From NCBI GenBank assembly GCA_947626735.1, contig CANQTK010000005.1:178-64177 (forward strand): a DNA stretch of 64,000 nucleotides, read 5' to 3'. Shown piece after piece: positions 37,482 to 48,014 of the stretch. A program made the translations under genes and the position numbers. Every line of letters begins with the position of its first letter. Positions within the stretch are counted from its first letter, which is position 1. The notes below the pieces were generated by a model. That model was given only the letters and a program-made list of their open reading frames with translations. It had not been told where the DNA came from and ran no database searches. The DNA comes from an uncultured Clostridia bacterium. Its GTDB lineage: Bacteria; Bacillota; Clostridia; TANB77; CAG-508.

Positions 37482-37923
37482 TAATACTTATCGAAATTCA
37501 TTGCAAGAAGTATATATTATTTTACAAAATACAGAAGATGAATTACTAAAAAAAATTCCTACTTCATTTATGGATTTTATTAAAACGAATAGGAATATAG
37601 ATTATAAAACTAATATTAAGCAAGAGATAGAATTAGATAAACAAAGTTTATTAAAAGAAACGGAAAATATTTTATCTTTAATTTATAGAAGTTATTGGGC
37701 AACTGATGAGGAAAAAAAAGAATTTGCCCAAAAGGATCAAACAGAAGCAATAGAAGCTGAAAAGAAAAAGAAAGAAGAATATTCTGGAAGAAATATTGAT
37801 GTGATATTTGAAGAAAGAAAAGAGAGCAATAAAACCTCTTTCGACAATAGTCTCATGGTTATTAAGAAAGAAAACTTTTTTCAGCAACTTTTTCATAAAA
37901 TTGTAAGAATATTTAAAAAATAG
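37474..37923 (+). CDS. hypothetical K/E-rich helical protein; paralog of 112..573
   Basis: 149 aa. The ATG overlaps the amidoligase stop (ATGATTGA), so the two genes are translationally coupled. Confidence 0.6.
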   Translation: MIDNTYRNSLQEVYIILQNTEDELLKKIPTSFMDFIKTNRNIDYKTNIKQEIELDKQSLLKETENILSLIYRSYWATDEEKKEFAQKDQTEAIEAEKKKKEEYSGRNIDVIFEERKESNKTSFDNSLMVIKKENFFQQLFHKIVRIFKK

Positions 37924-37975
37924 AGCCATTCATAAAAATTGGCTCTATTTTTTATTTTTCTATTGAATAGAAATG

Positions 37976-39334
37976 CTATATACCCTTATATTTCCTATTT
38001 TTTACATAGAAAACTATACTAGCACCAATCGTAGCAAATAATAATGTACTTAATCCTATTCCAACGCCAGTTTGTGGTAATTTGCCTGTTGCTATTGTTT
38101 TATCGTTTTCCTTTGATGTTCCATTATTGGTTGTAGCACCATTGTTTGAACTTCCATTATTAGTTGTTCCGTTTGTTGTACTACCACTATTGCTTGAACC
38201 TCCGTTATTGCTTCCTCCGTTTGTTGTAGTTCCATTGTTGGTATTACTATTATTTTCACTACTTGGTTTTTCATTGCTTGGTTCATTCGCTTTTTGTATT
38301 ACTGTAACAGTACAAGACGCTTTTTTATTACCATCCTGAGAAGTTACTGTAATAATAGTAGAACCTATTTTTTTAGGAGTTATTTTTCCAGCATTATCAA
38401 CTGTAGCAACAGACTCATCACTTGAACTCCATGTTACAATTTTATTAGTAGTATTTTCTGGACTAAATGTAGGCGTTAATGTTAATGTTTTTCCTAATTC
38501 TACTTCTTGTGTTTTAGGTAAGGAAATCCTATCTAAAGCAATCTCTGGTTGTAAATTATCAACCAATATGTATCCATATAAATTTCTTATATTATTACCT
38601 GCTAGGTAAATCCACATATAATACAATCCATAATCAGAAACATTTACTGATCTTTGTGTATATCCAAATCCAATGTTTGTACTGTCACCATATCCATTCC
38701 AATATCCCCAAGCAGTCCAATTAGAAGAAGGAGCTTTCGTTTTTAATAAAGATTGTAATTCATTAAAATCTCCGTTTTTTGCTTTTATTTCTTTATATTT
38801 AGATATAACTTTTTCATCTGTTATTTTTTCATATTGATAATATGCTTTACTATTACTAGCATTCCAGAAATTTATCTGAATCTGATTATCATCTAAAGCT
38901 TTTCCATTGTTTATTACCGTATAATTACTTATATTTAAGTATGGAATTGATAAATCTATTGCATGATGATTTACCACTATTGTTTCTGGTTCATTTTTAT
39001 CTCTAATCGTAATATAACCTGTAGTAACAGCTGTAATAACATTGGTAAATTCAACAGTTGCTCCTGAAATATCAACAGTTGCAGTGTTTTCTGTACGTTC
39101 TGTAATTAAATGCCATTTGTTAACTTCTTCTGCTAATGTTTTAGTAAGTCCAAATTCATAGTCATGTGATTGATTTAATGTTAAACCTGTAAATTCATAT
39201 TTTGCACTTCCATTATTAGCATAAATATTTCTTGTAACATCCACAGCTGCCCTTGAAATACTTGGTATGAAAAGAACTATCATAACAGCAAATAAAACCA
39301 TAACGAAATATTTTGCTTTTCTCATTTTTTTCAC
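37976..39334 (-). CDS. LPXTG-anchored surface protein with Big_2 (bacterial Ig-like) domain
   Basis: Signal peptide. Big_2 segment LTLTPTFSPENTTNKIVTWSSSDESVATVDNAGKITPKKIGSTIITVTS. N/G/S/T-rich linker. LPQTG plus hydrophobic helix plus KNRKYKGI. Confidence 0.85.
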   Translation of the reverse strand: MKKMRKAKYFVMVLFAVMIVLFIPSISRAAVDVTRNIYANNGSAKYEFTGLTLNQSHDYEFGLTKTLAEEVNKWHLITERTENTATVDISGATVEFTNVITAVTTGYITIRDKNEPETIVVNHHAIDLSIPYLNISNYTVINNGKALDDNQIQINFWNASNSKAYYQYEKITDEKVISKYKEIKAKNGDFNELQSLLKTKAPSSNWTAWGYWNGYGDSTNIGFGYTQRSVNVSDYGLYYMWIYLAGNNIRNLYGYILVDNLQPEIALDRISLPKTQEVELGKTLTLTPTFSPENTTNKIVTWSSSDESVATVDNAGKITPKKIGSTIITVTSQDGNKKASCTVTVIQKANEPSNEKPSSENNSNTNNGTTTNGGSNNGGSSNSGSTTNGTTNNGSSNNGATTNNGTSKENDKTIATGKLPQTGVGIGLSTLLFATIGASIVFYVKNRKYKGI

Positions 39335-39517
39335 CCCCTTTTGTCTTTTAATATAACATCGACAATTATTTTATATCACTAATTTTTACAAATGTAAAGA
39401 AAATATGCGACTTTTTCGTAAAATATTTTACATTTTTTTTACTTATAAGAAATAATACGACTTTATTCATATTTCAACACTTTTTGAGAATACTATTTTA
39501 AAAAGAATAAAAAAATT

Positions 39518-39534
39518 ATGCGAATTTATCGCAT
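39518..39534. promoter_or_regulatory. perfect palindrome ATGCGA-N5-TCGCAT, candidate XRE operator
   Basis: Lies 61 nt upstream of the XRE gene start. Degenerate copies at 39405-39420 (ATGCGACTTTTTCGTA) and 39455-39470 (ATACGACTTTATTCAT). Confidence 0.4.
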
Positions 39535-39594
39535 TATACATTGTTTCTAATATTGATAATTAAGTTTATATTGGTTATATAGGTGGTGTTAATC

Positions 39595-39924
39595 ATGAAA
39601 GATATCAAAATGAATAAACAGATAGGTGAAACTTTAAAAAATCATAGAATTAAAAATGGATATACGCAAGAACAAGTTGCTGAATTAATGGATTTAGCTC
39701 CTAAATATATTAGCCAAATAGAAAGAGGCATATCTGCTGGAACCATAGACACGCTAATTCGATTTTGCAATTTATACCATATTACAACCGATGCTGTTTT
39801 ATATCCTTTATTAGATAGTTCCATTAGAAGCTCTAATCAAAAATACAATAATGATTTTAAAAAATTGTGTAAAAGAGACCAAAAAGCAATCGAAACTTTA
39901 ATTCAATATTATTTAAATAACTAA
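39595..39924 (+). CDS. XRE family HTH transcriptional regulator
   Basis: IGETLKNHRIKNGYTQEQVAELMDLAPKYISQIERG. AGGTGGTG RBS 6 nt before ATG 39595. Confidence 0.85.
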   Translation: MKDIKMNKQIGETLKNHRIKNGYTQEQVAELMDLAPKYISQIERGISAGTIDTLIRFCNLYHITTDAVLYPLLDSSIRSSNQKYNNDFKKLCKRDQKAIETLIQYYLNN

Positions 39925-39975
39925 AACAACTAAAAAATTGAGATTTTTGAGTCCGTCCCAAAAATCTCAATTTTC

Positions 39976-41523
39976 TTATTCTTGCTTTTCTTGATTTAAT
40001 TCAAAATAGAATTCGACTCCATTTTCTTTATTTTGTACGCCAAATTCATTTTGATAATGGTTCATAATTGCCTTTACTAAGGCAAGACCAATACCAGTTC
40101 CACCTTCTTCTCTATTTCTTGCTGCATCTACTTTATAAAAACGTTTCCATATTCTTTCTAAGTCTTCTTCTTTAATATTTTCACCTGTATTAAAGATTTT
40201 TACTCTAATTTTATGATTGTCCTTTTCTTCTATTTGAATCTTAATTTTCTTTTCTTCGTTTCTTTCTTCTGCATGCTTTATGGCATTGGTAAAATAGTTA
40301 GTTACCACTTGCTCTATGTAAAATTCATCCGCTAGTACATAAATTGGTTTGCTACTATCAAATTCTACTTGAATTCCTTTTTCTTTTACCATAACATTAC
40401 ATTTACGAACCACTTCTTTGATTAGTTCTACAATGTCCATTTTGCGATTATGAAATTCGCCTTTTCCATATTCTAGTTTCATTAATTCTAATAATTGTTT
40501 TACTAAAGAATCCATTTTTTCCGCTTCATCTAAAATTACTTCTGCATAGAATTTTTTCGATTCTTCATCTGTATTGACATTTTCTATTAATCCTTCTGCA
40601 TAACCTTGAATTAAAGCAATTGGTGTTTTTAATTCATGCGATACATCGGAAATAAATTGTTTTCTCATTTCATCTATCTTAGATTTTTCCTCAATATCTT
40701 TTTCCAGTTCACCATTGGTTTCTCTCAATTGCTTAATCGTACTTTCTAACTTGTCGGACATGGTGTTAATACTTTTTCCTAGTTGGTTTATTTCATCGTC
40801 TGTATCGTTGGTTCGATATTTTTTACTAAAATCTAATTTTGACATATTTTGAGCAATATCATTTAATTCTAAAATAGGTTCTGTAAATTTTTTTGAAATA
40901 AAGGAAGCTAAAACACCTGCTATTAAAATAGAAATTCCTCCTATTAAAATAAGTAAACGGTTTGATATTTGTACACTTTCTTCAATCGAAGCTACTTGAA
41001 TACGAATGTACAAAATGTTGCCATTATCTAATGTAGCCGACAATAAAATATAATTCATACTATTTCTTTCGTCAATCATCCTTCTAATAGTTACCTTGTC
41101 GCTTTGATAAATAATACGCTGGTTACTAGTTACCTTTCCATTTACAATAAAATTTTGTGCCGTACTATTTAAAATAATTTCATTCATTTTATTAATGCTA
41201 GAGGTTAGGTTTTTGTCCGAACTAAAAATTAAAATACTTTCTTTTCCTTGAATTAAAATATCAAAATCATTTTTTAACGCAATATGGTTTAACTCTTCTT
41301 CTATATTCATCGTTGTATTTTCATTTTGCTCTAGTAAATTATAGTAATGATTAATTTTTTCGTAAGCAAGTTTTACATTTTTTACTTTGGAATACAAATA
41401 AAAACTTTCTAAAACGACATTATTAATCATAATTAAAAATAATACAATGACGGTTACCACAATACATAAACAAAGAAATAACTTAACACGTATGGATTTT
41501 AGTTTTTCTTTTAATTTCTTCAT
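39976..41523 (-). CDS. sensor histidine kinase (HAMP-HisKA-HATPase)
   Basis: Two TM helices, HAMP, FISDVSHELKTPI H-box, N/G boxes (NAIKH..., GGTGIGLALVKAI). Confidence 0.9.
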   Translation of the reverse strand: MKKLKEKLKSIRVKLFLCLCIVVTVIVLFLIMINNVVLESFYLYSKVKNVKLAYEKINHYYNLLEQNENTTMNIEEELNHIALKNDFDILIQGKESILIFSSDKNLTSSINKMNEIILNSTAQNFIVNGKVTSNQRIIYQSDKVTIRRMIDERNSMNYILLSATLDNGNILYIRIQVASIEESVQISNRLLILIGGISILIAGVLASFISKKFTEPILELNDIAQNMSKLDFSKKYRTNDTDDEINQLGKSINTMSDKLESTIKQLRETNGELEKDIEEKSKIDEMRKQFISDVSHELKTPIALIQGYAEGLIENVNTDEESKKFYAEVILDEAEKMDSLVKQLLELMKLEYGKGEFHNRKMDIVELIKEVVRKCNVMVKEKGIQVEFDSSKPIYVLADEFYIEQVVTNYFTNAIKHAEERNEEKKIKIQIEEKDNHKIRVKIFNTGENIKEEDLERIWKRFYKVDAARNREEGGTGIGLALVKAIMNHYQNEFGVQNKENGVEFYFELNQEKQE

Positions 41524-41556
41524 TTTTATGATTCCTTTCTTAAGATACGATTGTTT

Positions 41557-42234
41557 CTATTTTACTTCAAATTTATATCCTATGCCACGTATGGTTTCAA
41601 TATATTTTCCCTTTTTTCCTAGTTTATGACGAATTTTTTTGATGTGACTATCAATCGTTCTGGAATCGCCATAATAATCATAATTCCAAACGTTATTTAA
41701 TATTTTGTCTCTGGATAAAGCGATGCCATGGTTATCTACTAAATATTTTAATAATTCATATTCACGTAAACTTAATTCGATTTGTTTTCCCTCTACTTTT
41801 ACCGTTCTTCCGTCATGGTCAATGACAATTCCACCATATTCTTTTACATTACTTTCTTTTGGTTTCAAACGATTTAAAATAGCTTCTACTCTAGCGACTA
41901 GTATTTTAGGGCTAAATGGCTTGGCAATATATTCATCCACTCCAAGTTCAAAACCAAATAATTCATCTTGCTCTTCTCCTCTGGCAGTAAGCATAATAAT
42001 AGGTACATTGGAAGTTTGACGAATTTGGCGAAGTACAGACCATCCATCTAATTTTGGCATCATGACATCTAATAAAATAAGACTAATTTTATTTTTGTTT
42101 GCTTCAAATACGGTTAGTGCTTCTTCTCCATCTGAGGCTTCTAAGACACGATACTCTTTTTGCGTTAAAAAGTCTTTGACCAATTTACGCATTCTCGATT
42201 CATCATCCACTACTAAAATTGTAATATCATTCAT
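41557..42234 (-). CDS. OmpR-family response regulator
   Basis: ILVVDDE...LLDVMMPKLDGW receiver domain and a winged-helix C-terminus (RTIDSHIKKIRHKL...IETIRGIGYKF). Start at MNDITILVVDD. Confidence 0.9.
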   Translation of the reverse strand: MNDITILVVDDESRMRKLVKDFLTQKEYRVLEASDGEEALTVFEANKNKISLILLDVMMPKLDGWSVLRQIRQTSNVPIIMLTARGEEQDELFGFELGVDEYIAKPFSPKILVARVEAILNRLKPKESNVKEYGGIVIDHDGRTVKVEGKQIELSLREYELLKYLVDNHGIALSRDKILNNVWNYDYYGDSRTIDSHIKKIRHKLGKKGKYIETIRGIGYKFEVK

Positions 42235-42385
42235 CTTTTTTCTTCCTTTTCCTTTTTTATTTACCACATGAACATTCATTTGAAAAGAAGAGCAATATAA
42301 AATGTATTGCTCTACCTTGTTCTTTACTTTATTATACTTTTGAAATATGTCTAATCTGTGAATTTTTTGCTACTTTTTATGTTTT

Positions 42386-42553
42386 TTAGAAATGGTTCTT
42401 TTTGTTGTTAAACCAATCTTGCTTATTTTCGAATGGCTCTTCTTGCATCCACAAAGAATCTGCCCCATTTGGTTTCAATTGTTCTTGATAGCGTTGTTCT
42501 TGCATATAGGGATTTCCTAATTTAATACAATATTGTCTATGTTTTTCGTCCAT
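42386..42553 (-). CDS. hypothetical 55-aa protein
   Basis: Not in the ORF track. AAGAGGTG RBS 7 nt before the ATG. MDEKHRQYCIKLGNPYMQEQRYQEQLKPNGADSLWMQEEPFENKQDWFNNKKNHF. Confidence 0.35.
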   Translation of the reverse strand: MDEKHRQYCIKLGNPYMQEQRYQEQLKPNGADSLWMQEEPFENKQDWFNNKKNHF

Positions 42554-42575
42554 TTTTAGCACCTCTTACTTTCTT

Positions 42576-44231
<1,656 letters not shown>

Positions 44232-44319
44232 CTAGTATGTCCTTTTTTTCTTTTATTGTATGCATTTTATCATAGTTTTTTAAGAAATACAAGAATACTA
44301 GCAAAAAAAAGAAAGAAAG

Positions 44320-44348
44320 GCAGACCACTTAGATGATATGTGGTCTGC
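44320..44348 (-). terminator. intrinsic terminator after the small membrane-protein gene
   Basis: GCAGACCAC-loop-GTGGTCTGC followed by a T-rich run on the minus strand. Confidence 0.6.
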
Positions 44349-44441
44349 ACTTTATCTATATAAAAAACAATATATTGTTTGTACTATATCTTATGCTACT
44401 TGTTTTTATTTGTTACTTTATGCTACTTATTATTTTGTTTT

Positions 44442-44588
44442 TTATAATATTCCCATTTTTTTAGCAAATTGTTTTCCTTTTTTAATCATTTGCTTTTTAC
44501 TATTTCCGGTCATTTCTTTATACATCATCATAGCACCTGCAGAAACAATTCCGCCCATAATCATACCTTTAATAAATTTCATATCCAT
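44442..44588 (-). CDS. hypothetical 48-aa glycine/methionine-rich membrane peptide
   Basis: Not in the ORF track. AGGAGG 7 nt before the ATG. MDMKFIKGMIMGGIVSAGAMMMYKEMTGNSKKQMIKKGKQFAKKMGIL. Confidence 0.45.
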   Translation of the reverse strand: MDMKFIKGMIMGGIVSAGAMMMYKEMTGNSKKQMIKKGKQFAKKMGIL

Positions 44589-44620
44589 TACTTTCCTCCT
44601 TTTTTCATTTCTTATTCTTA

Positions 44621-44998
44621 TTATGCGTTTTTTCTTTTCGTTTTATACTCTTTATATAATTCATATACTTCATGAATAGCAATGAGCAAAATAAAAATAG
44701 CAAAATATTTTTTTAAATGCTCAGAGCTAATATTTTTTGAAATAATAGCTCCTATCATAGCACCTAATATTCCATAAAAAGAAATACTAAGTGCAAGCTT
44801 AATATCTACATTTTTTTGTTTCAAATTGGTTAAAATAGCAGCTAAAGAAGTAGGAATAAAAAATACTAAATTGGTGGCTTGCGCAATGTGCTGATCTAGT
44901 CCTAAAAATAAAGACAAAAATAAAATCAAAATGGTTCCGCCGCCCATTCCTAAACCTGTTACTATTCCTGCTATGATACCAAAGGTAATTTCTAACAT
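44621..44998 (-). CDS. TauE/SafE (TSUP) family half-size membrane protein, C-half-like
   Basis: 125 aa with 4 TM helices. GLGMGGGTILILFL motif. Own RBS. Confidence 0.7.
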   Translation of the reverse strand: MLEITFGIIAGIVTGLGMGGGTILILFLSLFLGLDQHIAQATNLVFFIPTSLAAILTNLKQKNVDIKLALSISFYGILGAMIGAIISKNISSEHLKKYFAIFILLIAIHEVYELYKEYKTKRKNA

Positions 44999-45036
44999 TT
45001 TTTCTCCTATTCTTTTCCTACCATAAATATTGATTT

Positions 45037-45387
45037 TTAAAATAACATTTTTAGTGACACATAAAATAAAAATAAACTAAATAAAATGCGTACATATATC
45101 GTTGGAATTTTTTTTAGTAATTTTGCGCCTAGAATTCCGCCTAAGATTCCTCCTATTGCACAAAGAAAACCAATCTTCCAGTTAATATAATTTTCTTGAT
45201 AATAAAAGATACTGCTAGTTACAACCATTGGCAAAATACAACATACGGCTGTTCCTCTTGCTATTTTATCTTCCTTTTTTAGTAAATAAAGAAAAGCGGG
45301 AACTAAAATAAGTCCTCCACCAGATGCAAATAAACCACAAATAATTCCTGCTACTAATCCCATCCCTACTTTTTTTATTTTTTCCAT
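45037..45387 (-). CDS. TauE/SafE (TSUP) family half-size membrane protein, N-half-like
   Basis: 116 aa with 4 TM helices. LFASGGGLILVPAFLYL motif. Confidence 0.7.
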   Translation of the reverse strand: MEKIKKVGMGLVAGIICGLFASGGGLILVPAFLYLLKKEDKIARGTAVCCILPMVVTSSIFYYQENYINWKIGFLCAIGGILGGILGAKLLKKIPTIYVRILFSLFLFYVSLKMLF

Positions 45388-45502
45388 CTTTTTTCATTCC
45401 TTTTTTCTTTAGTATGCTTTTTTTCGTATTTTTTATACTTTTCCCCTTATTCTAAAGCGAATTACCAAAATCGCTTTTTTGCTTTAACACAAAAAGCAAA
45501 AA

Positions 45503-45556
45503 AAGGGGTGTCCCCAGCGTTCCATTTTGGAATGAAAAGAGGCGTCCCTTCTGTTC
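45503..45556. repeat. 54-nt GC-rich palindromic element, copy 2
   Basis: aaggggtgtccccagcgttccattttggaatgaaaagaggcgtcccttctgttc. Abuts and overlaps the nifS stop codon (45555-45557). Confidence 0.8.
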
Positions 45557-46700
45557 ATTTTCGTAGTTTTGGAATGATTTCTACTAGTTGCTCTACTAGG
45601 AAATCGATATCTTCCTTTGTATTTTCTTCTCCTAGACTAATTCTTAAAGAACCATAAGCAAGTTCTGGCTTTAATCCAATAGCAAGAAGTACATGAGAAG
45701 GAGTAGGGCTTCCTGAACTACAGGCACTACCTGCCGAAGCACAAATTCCTTTTTCATCTAATTTTAATAAAAGTTCTTCTCCCTCAATTCCTTCAAAAGA
45801 CACATTAGCGTTGCCTGGCAATCGCTTTATGCGATCTCCATTGATTTTATAATTGGGAATTTTTTCTTCTATTTGTGAAAAGTACTCTTCTCTTAAATTT
45901 GTTAATTTTTTTTGATATTCTTCTATGTTTTTCGTTGCCAGCTCAATGGCTTTTCCAAGTCCTACAATTCCTGCTACATTTTCGGTTCCTGCTCTTTTAT
46001 TTTTTTCTTGATGTCCTCCATCTTGTATTCGATCAAATTCAACGCCTTCTCTTACATAAAGAACACCTACTCCTTTTGGTCCATAAAATTTATGAGCTGA
46101 CATGGATAAAGCATCAATTTGCATTTTTTCCACATCAATTTCTACATTTCCTACTGCTTGCACACTATCGGTATGAAATAAAATATGATGTTTTCTAGCG
46201 ATATTTCCTATTTCATAAATGGGCTGCAAAGTTCCTATTTCATTATTGGCAAACATAATGCTAATTAAAATGGTATCTTGCCTGATACTGGCTTCTAATT
46301 CTTGCAAAGAAATAAAGCCATTTTCGTCCACGTTCAAATAAGTTACTTCAAATCCTTGTTTTTCTAATGTTTTGCAAGTTTCTAGAATAGCAGGATGTTC
46401 TATTTTACTGGTAATAATATGTTTTCCCTTTTTCTGGTTGTGATACGCAATTCCTTTTAAGGCTAAGTTATCTGCTTCACTTCCGCAAGAAGTAAAATAA
46501 ATTTCTTTTGGTTTAGCTCCAATGGCTTTGGCTACTTTTTCTCTTGCTTCTTCTACTGCTTTTCTTGCTTTTCTTCCTAACGTATACAAGGAAGAAGCAT
46601 TTCCATATTCTAATGAAAAATAAGGTAACATTTCTTTTACTACTTCTTCTTTTACCATGGTGGTTGCTGCATGGTCAAAATATCGTATTTTCATGCGCAT
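45555..46700 (-). CDS. nifS: cysteine desulfurase (NifS/IscS class V aminotransferase)
   Basis: YFDHAATT, SAHKFYGPKGVGVLY (PLP lysine), SAGSACSSGS active-site loop. Confidence 0.92.
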   Translation of the reverse strand: MRMKIRYFDHAATTMVKEEVVKEMLPYFSLEYGNASSLYTLGRKARKAVEEAREKVAKAIGAKPKEIYFTSCGSEADNLALKGIAYHNQKKGKHIITSKIEHPAILETCKTLEKQGFEVTYLNVDENGFISLQELEASIRQDTILISIMFANNEIGTLQPIYEIGNIARKHHILFHTDSVQAVGNVEIDVEKMQIDALSMSAHKFYGPKGVGVLYVREGVEFDRIQDGGHQEKNKRAGTENVAGIVGLGKAIELATKNIEEYQKKLTNLREEYFSQIEEKIPNYKINGDRIKRLPGNANVSFEGIEGEELLLKLDEKGICASAGSACSSGSPTPSHVLLAIGLKPELAYGSLRISLGEENTKEDIDFLVEQLVEIIPKLRK

Positions 46701-46849
46701 AAACTCTCCTTATAAAATGCAATTTTTCTGTTATTAGTATATTATTTTTCCTTCATATTATTCTTTTTAAAACAATAAATTGCCCTAAAAACTTTTTTGT
46801 TTTTAGAGCAATTTATTTCATTTATTAGAGTTTTTTATGTTCTACTTTT

Positions 46850-47182
46850 TTAATTTGATACCCATCTTAATACTTTTATATTTTTATAAGTATCTAATAC
46901 ATCGGAATATTTATCGTATTCTTCTTCCCAAACCATTTTTGGCACTTTATCAAAGGCATTAAAGACTTTTTCGGCTTCCATTAAAAAAATCACTTGTTCT
47001 TGTACACTCATTTTTTCATACTTTTTAGAAAAAGCATATAGTTTATCTAACATTTGGTTTGCTTCAATAAAACTCCAAAAATCTTTAATTTTCATTCCTG
47101 CTAATTTTAATTGCATAATGGAAAATAAAATTAATCCAAAGATAATAAATAGTAATAAATATACAATTATCATTAGTTCCAT
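46850..47182 (-). CDS. hypothetical membrane-anchored protein
   Basis: 110 aa with an N-terminal TM helix. Confidence 0.45.
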   Translation of the reverse strand: MELMIIVYLLLFIIFGLILFSIMQLKLAGMKIKDFWSFIEANQMLDKLYAFSKKYEKMSVQEQVIFLMEAEKVFNAFDKVPKMVWEEEYDKYSDVLDTYKNIKVLRWVSN

Positions 47183-47273
47183 TTTTTCACCTTCTCTTTA
47201 GAATCTATTCCTATTATAGCATATTTGTCATAGAATTGCAACTTTTTTGTCATATTTCTGTAATATTGGGCTT

Positions 47274-47981
47274 TTATAAATTTTGTAATTCCTTTAATCG
47301 ATATTCATAGGCTTTTATAACATCCTCTTCAAAAGCAAGTTTTGGCTCTTTCATTCCCATTTTTTCCATCAATTTTTTTGTAAAATAAGGGTTTAAAATA
47401 AGGATGGGTCCTATGACATAAGTACCAATAAAATTATTTTTTTGAATACCTTCCAATTGAGATTCTTGGTGGATTCCAATTCCTTTTTCTACTGTAGCAA
47501 AATAGCCATGTGTATTGTCTCCATAACTAAATGTAAATTGACTTTTAAACCCTACTATTTCAATTTCTTCCCATTTTCCTATAAATTTACTATTATGTCT
47601 ATGAAGCATATCACGTTTGGCATAAATTGGGAAAATTCCTAGTGCTTCTATTTTACTTCCATCTTCTTTTTCAATATAGTTTGAAAAAATTTCTAAAGCA
47701 TTTCCTGTGATTAAAAAAACAACATTTTGTTCTATTCGTTCTTCTATTTTCTGTTTATAAGGAAGCAATTTTTGAATGACCTTTTCTTGTCTACTTTCCG
47801 TCATGGGTCCTAAATAAATCAAGTTTACTTTCTCTGTTACAAAAAGTGGTTCTTCATCAAATGCAGTTTCATGAAAGTTTGCTTTTGGCATACATTTTTG
47901 TAAATATTTCATATTACTAAGGTCCCCATATAAATTGCAAAACTCGGGAAATAAAATTTCTATTGTTAACTCTTCTTCCAT
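47274..47981 (-). CDS. gatD: GatD-like CobQ-type glutamine amidotransferase-domain protein (MurT partner), apparently lacking the Cys and His catalytic residues
   Basis: LFPEFCNLYGDLSNMKYL and GTYVIGPILILNP align with GatD. The position of the (I)CGG(Y)Q nucleophile reads ITGNALE, and the HGP His reads IGP. Confidence 0.6.
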   Translation of the reverse strand: MEEELTIEILFPEFCNLYGDLSNMKYLQKCMPKANFHETAFDEEPLFVTEKVNLIYLGPMTESRQEKVIQKLLPYKQKIEERIEQNVVFLITGNALEIFSNYIEKEDGSKIEALGIFPIYAKRDMLHRHNSKFIGKWEEIEIVGFKSQFTFSYGDNTHGYFATVEKGIGIHQESQLEGIQKNNFIGTYVIGPILILNPYFTKKLMEKMGMKEPKLAFEEDVIKAYEYRLKELQNL

Positions 47982-48014
47982 TTTTAATCTCCTTTTTCTG
48001 TTTGCTTTTTTTTT

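Noticed and set aside
38082-38339. ORFs within the N/G/S/T-rich linker of the LPXTG protein (both strands)
   Set aside because: These are low-complexity alternative frames of the linker-coding region.
44338-44679. 113-aa and 68-aa plus-strand ORFs
   Set aside because: Their translations are low-complexity. The convincing gene here is the 48-aa minus-strand ORF (44442..44588) with an AGGAGG RBS.
44621-45387. The two half-size TauE/SafE ORFs as a frameshifted or nonsense-split pseudogene
   Set aside because: Each has its own RBS and start, a clean stop, a 38-nt spacer and a complete 4-TM half. Nothing suggests a lost frame, and there is no CGG at the junction.
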